Source: Squalus acanthias (taxonomy: Eukaryota). Taken from it: a stretch of DNA of 64,000 bases. The DNA is taken from the NCBI GenBank assembly GCA_030390025.1, contig CM059438.1, forward strand, positions 56,980,001 through 57,044,000. Reading direction: 5' to 3'. Numbering within the stretch: position 1 is the stretch's first letter; the number at the start of each line of letters is the position of its first letter. Shown here piece by piece: positions 1 through 10,700 of this stretch. The position numbers and the translations under genes were made by a program. The notes beneath the pieces are model-generated. The model saw only the letters and a list, made by a program, of their open reading frames with translations. It was not told where the DNA came from and did not search any database.

Positions 1-515
1 ACACTGAGCCCCCCCCACTCCCCCACACTGAGCCCCCCCCACTCCCCCACACTGAGCCCCCCCACTCCCCCACACTGAGCCCCCCCACTCCCCCACACTG
101 AGCCCCCCCACTGAGCCCCCCCACTCCCCCACACTGAGCCCCCCACACTGAGCCCCGCACACTGAGCCCCGCACTCCCCCACCCCCTCACACCGAGCCCC
201 CCGCACTCCCCCACCCCGAGCCCCGCACTCCCCCACCCCGAGCCCCGCACTCCCCCGTCCCCCACCCCCCCACACTCAGCCCCCACCCCCCAGAGCCCCG
301 CACTCCCCCACTGAGCCCCCCACCCCCCCACACTGAGCCCCCCACCCCCCCACACTGAGCCCCCCACCACCCCACACTGAGCCCCCCACTCCCCCACCCT
401 GAGCCCCCCACCCCCTCACACTGAGCCCCCCACTCCCCCACACTGAGCCCCGCACTCCCCCATCCCCCCACACTGAGCCCCGCACTCTCCCACCCCCCCC
501 ACACTGAGCCCCCAC
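1..515. repeat. C-rich minisatellite (~23-24 bp unit ACACTGAGCCCCCCCACTCCCCC) in SSNA1 intron 1; runs off the window edge
   Basis: ACACTG recurs at 1, 25, 49, 72 and onward; G-rich on the SSNA1 sense strand; stops just before the splice donor at 526. Confidence 0.95.
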
Positions 516-526
516 AGGATCCTTAC

Positions 527-578
527 ATTTGACCAGCTCGTTGTTGTAGGTCTGCAGCGCGGCTCCCTGCTGGGTCAT
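527..578 (-). CDS. SSNA1: SSNA1 (NA14/DIP13) coding exon 1; remaining exons lie beyond the left edge of the window
   Basis: Minus strand reads MTQQGAALQTYNNELVK+T followed by a GTAAGG donor (526-521); matches the known SSNA1 N-terminus MTQQGAALQNYNNELVKC; 52-nt phase-1 exon. Confidence 0.95.
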
Positions 579-660
579 TGCGGCTCTCCCACTCCCGGCT
601 GCTGGTCTGATCGCTCCCGAGAACCGTGTCTCTCCGCTGCTGAAGTCGGCTTCCCTTCTC

Positions 661-864
661 CGGGCCCTGTCTCTCCCGGCTCTCTCCCCGCCGCCGGGCC
701 CTGTCTCTCCCGGCTCTCTCCCCGCCGCCGGGCCCTGTCTATCCCGGCTCTCTCCCCGCCGCCGGGCCCTGTCTCTCCCGGCTCTCTCCCCGCCGCCGGG
801 CCCTGTCTCTCCCGGCTCTCTCCCCGCCGCCGGGCCCTGTCTATCCCGGCTCTCTCCCCGCCGC
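661..864. repeat. 34-bp tandem repeat x6 in the SSNA1 5' leader/promoter
   Basis: CGGGCCCTGTCTCTCCCGGCTCTCTCCCCGCCGC at 661, 695, 729, 763, 797, 831; copies 3 and 6 share a CTAT variant. Confidence 0.95.
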
Positions 865-1144
865 CGCTCGGTCTCCCGGTAACCAAGAAACCGCTCAAAC
901 TGCTTCTTCGTCATCAATCTGCGACATTTGGGCGCGCGGCTTCAACGTAACCTCTTTGCTTCAGCGTGCTGTCATGGCAACAGCGTCTTTATTGTTCTCG
1001 ATCCTGAGAGAGATTCCTCCGGTTAATTGCCTCGACTCTAATCGAGACTCACTATAACCATCACGATAATAGTACCTGACAGGGTGAGAACTCGGAACTC
1101 TTCCTTTCGCGGAAATAAATCTCCCAGTCGGCCATTTAAAGTTA

Positions 1145-1270
1145 AACGCAGGCGCAGTCCGGCTCGCTGGGCCCGAGTGTTGTGCGCAGGCGCAGTCCGG
1201 CTGGCCGGGCCCGAGTGTTGTGCGCAGGTGCAGTCCAGCTCGACCGGCCCGAGTGTTGTGCGCAGGCGCG
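1145..1270 (+). repeat. 38-bp tandem repeat (~3.3 copies) carrying NRF1-like motifs
   Basis: (T/A)(G/A)CGCAGG(C/T)GC motif at 1145, 1183, 1221, 1259, an exact 38-bp period. Confidence 0.85.
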
Positions 1271-1287
1271 GCTCCCGGGGGCGCGCG

Positions 1288-1386
1288 ATGGCGGCAGCAG
1301 CAGAGGCGGTGGGGCGCGAGCTCGGGCTGTCGGCCGCCTGGAGCCGCCTGAGCGCCGGGCTGGTCCCGCTCACCGCACTCGGACTG
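1288..1386 (+). CDS. ANAPC2: ANAPC2 exon 1 (anaphase-promoting complex subunit 2, cullin-like)
   Basis: MAAAAEAVGRELGLSAAWSRLSAGLVPLTALGL resembles the human APC2 N-terminus (AWNTVSTGLVPPAALGL); donor GTAACC; 99 nt, phase 0. Confidence 0.9.
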
Positions 1387-1749
1387 GTAACCGGGGAGCC
1401 GCTCTCACACCGGGGCAACTTCAGGGAACCAGCATTTAACTGTCAGCTTTGGGGAAGGATGGCGGCGGGGGGAGACTGATGGATTCCCCGGGGGGGGGGG
1501 GGGGGGGGGGGGGTGAGGGGACGGGGGCGAAGATGGGCGAGGGGGGAATGGATGAGGGAGACTCGAAGGTGGGTGAGATGGGGAAAGGGGGCACCGGTGG
1601 GTTTGGTGAGGGGGCACAGATGGTGCGGGTGGCATGGGGACGGGGACGGTGTGGATGTGATGTGATGTGGACTGGTGTGAGGGCAAGGAGCTGTGGGTCT
1701 GACTGGGAAGAGGAGAGGAGTGTGAGAGTATGATGGGCAGAAGGTGAGG

Positions 1750-4700
1750 GTACGATGGGGGGCCGAGGGTAGGAGTATGATTGGGGGCCGAGGGTAGGAG
1801 TATGATTGGGGGCAGTGGGTGGGAGTACGATGGGGCCGAGGGTGGGTGTACGATGGGGCAGTGGGTGGGAGTACGATGGGGCCGAGGGTGGGGGTATGAT
1901 TGGGGGCCGAGGGTGGGAGTATGATTGGGGGCCGAGGGTGGGAGTACGATGGGGCCGAGGGTGGGAGTATGATTGGGGGCCGAGGGTGGGGGTATGATTG
2001 GGGGCCGAGGGTGGGGGTATGATTGGGGGCCGAGGGTGGGGGTATGATTGGGGGCCGAGGGTGGGGGTATGATTGGGGTCAGTGGGTGGGAGTATGATTG
2101 GGGGCCGAGGGTGGGGGTATGATTGGGGGCCGAGGGTGGGGGTATGATTGGGGGCAGTGGGTGGGAATATGATTGGGGGCAGTGGGTGGGAGTATGATCG
2201 GGGGCAGTGGGTGGGAGTATGATCGGGGGCAGTGGGTGGGAGTATGATCGGGGGCAGTGGGTGGGAGTATGATTGGGGGCAGTGGGTGGGAGTATGATTG
2301 GGGGCAGTGGGTGGGAGTATGATCGGGGGCAGTGGGTGGGAATATGATCGGGGGCAGTGGGTGGGAGTATGATTGGGGGCAGTGGGTGGGAGTATGATTG
2401 GGGGCAGTGGGTGGGAGTATGATCGGGGGCAGTGGGTGGGAATATGATCGGGGGCAGTGGGTGGGAGTATGATTGGGGGCAGTGGGTGGGAGTATGATTG
2501 GGGGCAGTGGGTGGGAGTATGATTGGGGGCAGTGGGTGGGAGTATGATTGGGGGCAGTGGGTGGGAGTATGATTGGGGGCCGAGGGTGGGAGTATGATTG
2601 GGGGCAGTGGGTGGGAGTATGATTGGGGGCCGAGGGTGGGAGTATGATTGGGGGCCGAGGGTGGGAGTATGATTGGGGGCCGAGGGTGGGAGTATGATTG
2701 GGGGCCGAGGGTGGGAGTATGATTGGGGGCCGAGGGTGGGAGTATGATTGGGGGCCGAGGGTGGGAGTAGGATTGGGGGCCGAGGGTGGGAGTAGGATTG
2801 GGGGCCGAGGGTGGGAGTAGGATTGGGGGCCGAGGGTGGGAGTACGGTTGGGGGCCGAGGGTGGGAGTAGGATTGGGGGCCGAGGGTGGGAGTAGGATTG
2901 GGGGCCGAGGGTGGGAGTACGGTTGGGGGCCGAGGGTGGGAGTACGATTGGGGGCCGAGGGTGGGAGTACGATTGGGGGCCGAGGGTGGGAGTACGATTG
3001 GGGGCCGAGGGTGGGAGTACGATTGGGGGCCGAGGGTGGGAGTACGATGGGGGGCCGAGGGTAGGAGTACGATTGGGGGCCGAGGGTAGGAGTATGATTG
3101 GGGGCAGTGGGTGGGTGTACGATGGGACCGAGGGTGGGTGTACGATGGGGCAGTGGGTGGGAGTACGATGGGGCCGAGGGTGGGTGTACGATGGGCAGTG
3201 GGTGGGAGTACGATGGGGCCGAGGGTGGGAGTACGATGGGGCCGAGGGTGGGAGTACGATGGGGCAGTGGGTGGGAGTACGATGGGGCCGTGGGTAGGAG
3301 TATGATTGGGGGCCGAGGGTGGGAGTATGATTGGGGGCCGAGGGTGGGAGTATGATTGGGGGCCGAGGGTAGGAGTATGATTGGGAGCAGTGGGTGGGAG
3401 TATGATTGGGGGCAGTGGGTGGGAGTATGATTGGGGGCCGAGGGTAGGAGTATGATTGGGAGCAGTGGGTGGGAGTATGATTGGGGGCAGTGGGTGGGAG
3501 TATGATGGGGGCCGAGGGTAGGAGTATGATTGGGGGCAGTGGGTGGGAGTATGATTGGGGGCAGTGGGTGGGAGTATGATTGGGGGCAGTGGGTGGGAGT
3601 ATGATTGGGGGCAGTGGGTGGGAGTATGATTGGGGGCCGAGGGTGGGAGTATGATTGGGGGCAGTTGGTGGGAGTATGATTGGGGGCCGAGGGTGGGAGT
3701 ATGATTGGGGGCCGAGGGTGGGAGTATGATTGGGGGCCGAGGGTGGGAGTATGATTGGGGGCCGAGGGTGGGAGTATGATTGGGGGCCGAGGGTGGGGGT
3801 ATGATTGGGGGCAGTGGGTGGGAGTATGATTGGGGGCAGTGGGTGGGAGTATGATTGGGGGCCGAGGGTGGGGGTATGATTGGGGGCCGAGGGTGGGGGT
3901 ATGATTGGGGGCCGAGGGTGGGAGTATGATTGGGGGCCGAGGGTGGGAGTATGATTGGGGGCAGTAGGGGCCGAGGGTGGGAGTATGATTGGGGGCCGAG
4001 GGTGGGAGTATGATTGGGGGCCGAGGGTGGGAGTATGATTGGGGGCCGAGGGTGGGGGTATGATTGGGGGCAGTGGGTGGGAGTATGATTGGGGGCAGTG
4101 GGTGGGAGTATGATTGGGGGCCGAGGGTGGAGGTATGATTGGGGGCCGAGGGTGGGGGGTATGATTGGGGGCCGAGGGTGGGAGTATGATTGGGGGCTGA
4201 GGGTGGGAGTATGATTGGGGGCAGTAGGTGGGAGTATGATTGGGGGCCGAGGGTGGGGGTATGATTGGGGGCCGAGGGTGGGGGTATGATTGGGGGCCGA
4301 GGGTGGGAGTATGATTGGGGGCAGTGGGTGGGAGTATGATTGGGGGCAGTGGGTGGGAGTATGATTGGGGGCAGTGGGTGGGAGTATGATTGGGGGCAGT
4401 GGGTGGGAGTATGATTGGGGGCCGAGGGTGGGAGTATGATTGGGGGCAGTGGGTGGGAGTATGATTGGGGGCAGTGGGTGGGAGTATGATGGGGGCCGAG
4501 GGTGGGAGTATGATTGGGGGCAGTGGGTGGGAGTATGATTGGGGGCAGTGGGTGGGAGTATGATTGGGGGCCGAGGGTGGGAGTATGATTGGGGGCCGAG
4601 GGTGGGGGTATGATTGGGGGCCGAGGGTGGGAGTACGATGGGGCTGAGGGTGGGAGTACGATGGGGCCGAGGGTGGGAGTATGATGGGGCAGTGGGTGGG

Positions 4701-7700
4701 AGTATGATGGGCCGAGGGTGGGAGTATGATTGGGCAGTGGGTGGGAGTGTGATGGGGCCGAGGGTGGGAGTGTGATGGGGCCGAGGGTGGGAGTGTGATG
4801 GGGCCGAGGGTGGGAGTATGATGGGGCCGAGGGTGGGAGTGTGATGGGGCCGAGGGTGGGAGTGTGATGGGGCCGAGTGTGGGAGTACGATGGGGCCGAG
4901 GGTGGGAGTGTGATGGGGCCGAGGGTGGGAGTTTGATGGGGCCGAGGGTGGGCGTGTGATGGGGCCGTGTGTGGGAGTATGATGGGGCCGAGGGTGTGTG
5001 TACGATTGGGGGCCGAGGGTGGGAGTAGGATTGGGGGCCGAGGGTGGGAGTAGGATTGGGGGCCGAGGGTGGGAGTACGGTTGGGGGCCGAGGGTGGGAG
5101 TAGGATTGGGGGCCGAGGGTGGGAGTAGGATTGGGGGCCGAGGGTGGGAGTACGGTTGGGGGCCGAGGGTGGGAGTACGATTGGGGGCCGAGGGTGGGAG
5201 TACGATTGGGGGCCGAGGGTGGGAGTACGATTGGGGGCCGAGGGTGGGAGTACGATTGGGGGCCGAGGGTGGGAGTACGATGGGGGGCCGAGGGTAGGAG
5301 TACGATTGGGGGCCGAGGGTAGGAGTATGATTGGGGGCAGTGGGTGGGTGTACGATGGGACCGAGGGTGGGTGTACGATGGGGCAGTGGGTGGGAGTACG
5401 ATGGGGCCGAGGGTGGGTGTACGATGGGCAGTGGGTGGGAGTACGATGGGGCCGAGGGTGGGAGTACGATGGGGCCGAGGGTGGGAGTACGATGGGGCAG
5501 TGGGTGGGAGTACGATGGGGCCGTGGGTAGGAGTATGATTGGGGGCCGAGGGTGGGAGTATGATTGGGGGCCGAGGGTGGGAGTATGATTGGGGGCCGAG
5601 GGTAGGAGTATGATTGGGAGCAGTGGGTGGGAGTATGATTGGGGGCAGTGGGTGGGAGTATGATTGGGGGCCGAGGGTAGGAGTATGATTGGGAGCAGTG
5701 GGTGGGAGTATGATTGGGGGCAGTGGGTGGGAGTATGATGGGGGCCGAGGGTAGGAGTATGATTGGGGGCAGTGGGTGGGAGTATGATTGGGGGCAGTGG
5801 GTGGGAGTATGATTGGGGGCAGTGGGTGGGAGTATGATTGGGGGCAGTGGGTGGGAGTATGATTGGGGGCCGAGGGTGGGAGTATGATTGGGGGCAGTTG
5901 GTGGGAGTATGATTGGGGGCCGAGGGTGGGAGTATGATTGGGGGCCGAGGGTGGGAGTATGATTGGGGGCCGAGGGTGGGAGTATGATTGGGGGCCGAGG
6001 GTGGGAGTATGATTGGGGGCCGAGGGTGGGGGTATGATTGGGGGCAGTGGGTGGGAGTATGATTGGGGGCAGTGGGTGGGAGTATGATTGGGGGCCGAGG
6101 GTGGGGGTATGATTGGGGGCCGAGGGTGGGGGTATGATTGGGGGCCGAGGGTGGGAGTATGATTGGGGGCCGAGGGTGGGAGTATGATTGGGGGCAGTAG
6201 GGGCCGAGGGTGGGAGTATGATTGGGGGCCGAGGGTGGGAGTATGATTGGGGGCCGAGGGTGGGAGTATGATTGGGGGCCGAGGGTGGGGGTATGATTGG
6301 GGGCAGTGGGTGGGAGTATGATTGGGGGCAGTGGGTGGGAGTATGATTGGGGGCCGAGGGTGGAGGTATGATTGGGGGCCGAGGGTGGGGGTATGATTGG
6401 GGGCCGAGGGTGGGGGTATGATTGGGGGCCGAGGGTGGGAGTATGATTGGGGGCTGAGGGTGGGAGTATGATTGGGGGCAGTAGGTGGGAGTATGATTGG
6501 GGGCCGAGGGTGGGGGTATGATTGGGGGCCGAGGGTGGGGGTATGATTGGGGGCCGAGGGTGGGAGTATGATTGGGGGCAGTGGGTGGGAGTATGATTGG
6601 GGGCAGTGGGTGGGAGTATGATTGGGGGCAGTGGGTGGGAGTATGATGGGGGCCGAGGGTGGGAGTATGATTGGGGGCAGTGGGTGGGAGTATGATTGGG
6701 GGCCGAGGGTGGGAGTATGATTGGGGGCCGAGGGTGGGGGTATGATTGGGGGCCGAGGGTGGGAGTACGATGGGGCTGAGGGTGGGAGTACGATGGGGCC
6801 GAGGGTGGGAGTATGATGGGGCAGTGGGTGGGAGTATGATGGGCCGAGGGTGGGAGTATGATTGGGCAGTGGGTGGGAGTATGATGGGCCGAGGGTGGGA
6901 GTATGATGGGGCAGTGGGTGGGACTGTGATGGGGCAGTGGGTGGGAGTGTGATGGGGCCGAGGGTGGGAGTGTGATGGGGCCGAGGGTGGGAGTGTGATG
7001 GGGCCGAGGGTGGGAGTATGATGGGGCCGAGGGTGGGAGTGTGATGGGGCCGAGGGTGGGAGTGTGATGGGGCCGAGTGTGGGAGTACGATGGGGCCGAG
7101 GGTGGGAGTGTGATGGGGCCGAGGGTGGGAGTTTGATGGGGCCGAGGGTGGGCGTGTGATGGGGCCGTGTGTGGGAGTATGATGGGGCCGAGGGTGGGAG
7201 TATGATGGGGCAGTGGGTGGGAGTATGATGGGGCAGTGGGTGGGAGTATGATGGGGCCGAGGGTGTGTGTATGATTGGGGGTCGAGGGTGGGAGTGTGAT
7301 GGGGCAGTGGGTGGGAGTATGATGGGGCCGAGGGTGGGAGTATGATGGGGCCGAGGGTGGGAGTATGATGGGGCCGAGGGTGGGAGTGTGATGGGGCAGT
7401 GGGTGGGAGTGTGATGGGGCAGTGGGTGGGAGTGTGATGGGGCCGAGTGTGGGAGTACGATGGGGCCGTGGGTGGGAGTATGATGGGGCAGTGGGTGGGA
7501 GTATGATGGGGGTCGAGGGTGGGAGTGTGATGGGGCAGTGGGTGGGAGTATGATGGGGCCGAGGGTGGGAGTATGATGGGGCCGAGGGTGGGAGTATGAT
7601 GGGGCCGAGGGTGGGAGTGTGATGGGGCAGTGGGTGGGAGTGTGATGGGGCAGTGGGAGGGAGTATGATGGGGCCGAGGGTGGGAGTATGATGGGGCCGA

Positions 7701-10700
7701 GTGTGGGAGTCTGATGGGGCAGTGGGAGGGAGTATGATGGGGCCGAGGGTGGGAGTATGATGGGGCCGAGGGTGGGGGTATGATGGGGCCGAGGGTGGGA
7801 GTGTGATGGGGCCGAGGGTGGGAGTATGATGGGGCAGTGGGTGGGAGTATGATGGGGCAGTGGGTGGGAGTATGATGGGGCCGAGGGTGGGAGTGTGATG
7901 GGGCCGAGGGTGGGAGTGTGATGGGGCCGAGGGTGGGAGTTTGATGGGGCCGAGGGTGGGAGTATGATGGGGCCGAGGGTGGGAGTGTGATGGGCCGAGG
8001 GTGGGAGTATGATGGGCCGAGGGTGGGAGTGTGATGGGGCTGAGGGTGGGTGTGTGATGGGGCCGAGGGTGGGTGTGTGATGGGCCGAGGGTGGGAGTGT
8101 GATGGGGCCGAGGGTGGGAGTGTGATGGGGCCGAGGGTGGGAGTGTGATGGGCCGAGGGTGGGAGTGTGATGGGGCCGAGGGTGGGAGTGTGATGGGCCG
8201 AGGGTGGGAGTGTGATGGGGCAGTGGGAGGGAGTATGATTGGGGGCAGTGGGTGGGAGTGTGATGTGGCCGAGGGTGGGAGTGTGATGGGGCCGAGGGTG
8301 GGAGTCTGATGGGGGCCGAGCGTGGGAGTGTGATGGGGCCGAGGGTGGGAGTGTGATGGGGCCGAGGGTGGGAGTGTGATGGGGGCCGAGGGTGGGAGTG
8401 TGATGGGGGCCGAGGGTGGGAGTGTGATGTGGCCGAGGGTGGGAGTGTGATGGGGGCCGAGGGTGGGAGTGTGATGGGGCCGTGGGAGGGAGTGTGATGG
8501 GGGCCGAGGGTGGGAGTGTGATGTGGCCGAGGGTGGGAGTGTGATGGGCCGAGGGTGGGAGTGTGATGGGGGCCGAGGGTGGGAGTGTGATGTGGCCGAG
8601 GGTGGGAGTATGATGGGCCGAGGGTGGGAGTGTGATGGGGCCGAGGGTGGGAGTGTGATGGGGCCGAGGGTGGGAGTATGATGGGGCCGAGGGTGGGAGT
8701 ATGATGGGGCCGAGGGTGGGAGTCTGATGGGGCCGAGGGTGGGAGTGTGATGGGCCGAGGGTGGGAGTGTGATGGGCCGAGGGTGGGAGTGTGATGGGGC
8801 CGAGGGTGGGAGTGTGATGGGGCCGAGGGTGGGAGTGTGATGGGGCCGAGGGTGGGAGTGTGATGGGGCCGAGGGTGGGAGTATGATGGGGCAGTGGGAG
8901 GGAGTATGATTGGGGCAGTGGGTGGGAGTATGATGGGGCAGTGGGTGGGAATATGATTGGGGGCCGAGGGTGGGAGTGTGATGGGGCCGAGGGTGGGAGT
9001 GTGATGGGGCAGTGGGTGGGAGTATGATGGGGCAGTGGGTGGGAGTATGATGGGGGTCGAGGGTGGGAGTGTGATGGGGCAGTGGGTGGGAGTATGATGG
9101 GGCCGAGGGTGGGAGTATGATGGGGCCGAGGGTGGGAGTATGATGGGGCCGAGGGTGGGAGTGTGATGGGGCAGTGGGTGGGAGTGTGATGGGGCAGTGG
9201 GAGGGAGTATGATGGGGCCGAGGGTGGGAGTATGATGGGGCCGAGTGTGGGAGTCTGATGGGGCAGTGGGAGGGAGTATGATGGGGCCGAGGGTGGGAGT
9301 ATGATGGGGCCGAGGGTGGGGGTATGATGGGGCCGAGGGTGGGAGTGTGATGGGGCCGAGGGTGGGAGTATGATGGGGCAGTGGGTGGGAGTATGATGGG
9401 GCAGTGGGTGGGAGTATGATGGGGCCGAGGGTGGGAGTGTGATGGGGCCGAGGGTGGGAGTGTGATGGGGCCGAGGGTGGGAGTGTGATGGGGCCGAGGG
9501 TGGGAGTTTGATGGGGCCGAGGGTGGGAGTATGATGGGGCCGAGGGTGGGAGTGTGATGGGCCGAGGGTGGGAGTATGATGGGCCGAGGGTGGGAGTGTG
9601 ATGGGGCTGAGGGTGGGTGTGTGATGGGGCCGAGGGTGGGTGTGTGATGGGCCGAGGGTGGGAGTGTGATGGGGCCGAGGGTGGGAGTGTGATGGGGCCG
9701 AGGGTGGGAGTGTGATGGGCCGAGGGTGGGAGTGTGATGGGGCCGAGGGTGGGAGTGTGATGGGCCGAGGGTGGGAGTGTGATGGGGCAGTGGGAGGGAG
9801 TATGATTGGGGGCAGTGGGTGGGAGTGTGATGTGGCCGAGGGTGGGAGTGTGATGGGGCCGAGGGTGGGAGTCTGATGGGGGCCGAGCGTGGGAGTGTGA
9901 TGGGGCCGAGGGTGGGAGTGTGATGGGGCCGAGGGTGGGAGTGTGATGGGGGCCGAGGGTGGGAGTGTGATGGGGGCCGAGGGTGGGAGTGTGATGTGGC
10001 CGAGGGTGGGAGTGTGATGGGGGCCGAGGGTGGGAGTGTGATGGGGCCGTGGGAGGGAGTGTGATGGGGGCCGAGGGTGGGAGTGTGATGTGGCCGAGGG
10101 TGGGAGTGTGATGGGCCGAGGGTGGGAGTGTGATGGGGGCCGAGGGTGGGAGTGTGATGTGGCCGAGGGTGGGAGTATGATGGGCCGAGGGTGGGAGTGT
10201 GATGGGGCCGAGGGTGGGAGTGTGATGGGGCCGAGGGTGGGAGTATGATGGGGCCGAGGGTGGGAGTATGATGGGGCCGAGGGTGGGAGTCTGATGGGGC
10301 CGAGGGTGGGAGTGTGATGGGCCGAGGGTGGGAGTGTGATGGGCCGAGGGTGGGAGTGTGATGGGGCCGAGGGTGGGAGTGTGATGGGGCCGAGGGTGGG
10401 AGTGTGATGGGGCCGAGGGTGGGAGTATGATGGGGCAGTGGGAGGGAGTATGATTGGGGGCAGTGGGTGGGAGTATGATGGGGCAGTGGGTGGGAATATG
10501 ATTGGGGGCCGAGGGTGGGAGTGTGATGGGGCCGAGGGTGGGAGTGTGATGGGGCCGAGGGTGGGAGTGTGATGGGGCCGAGGGTGGGAGTGTGATGGGG
10601 CCGAGGGTGGGAGTGTGATGGGCCGAGGGTGGGAGTGTGATGGGGCCGAGGGTGGGAGTGTGATGGGGCCGAGGGTGGGAGTGTGATGGGGGCCGAGGGT

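Larger units (their letters stand above)
579..1287. promoter_or_regulatory. Bidirectional CpG-rich promoter shared by SSNA1 and ANAPC2
   Basis: Divergent ATGs at 578 (-) and 1288 (+); CpG-rich; RFX X-box-like sites at 871-883 and 968-981, E2F-like TTTCGCGGAAA at 1105-1115, NRF1-like TGCGCAGGCGCA motifs at 1145-1270. Confidence 0.85.

Noticed and set aside
187..917. Long minus-strand ORFs (105, 213, 107 aa) as independent genes
   Set aside because: Composed of tandem-repeat translations; only 578-527 matches a real protein and it ends at a GT donor
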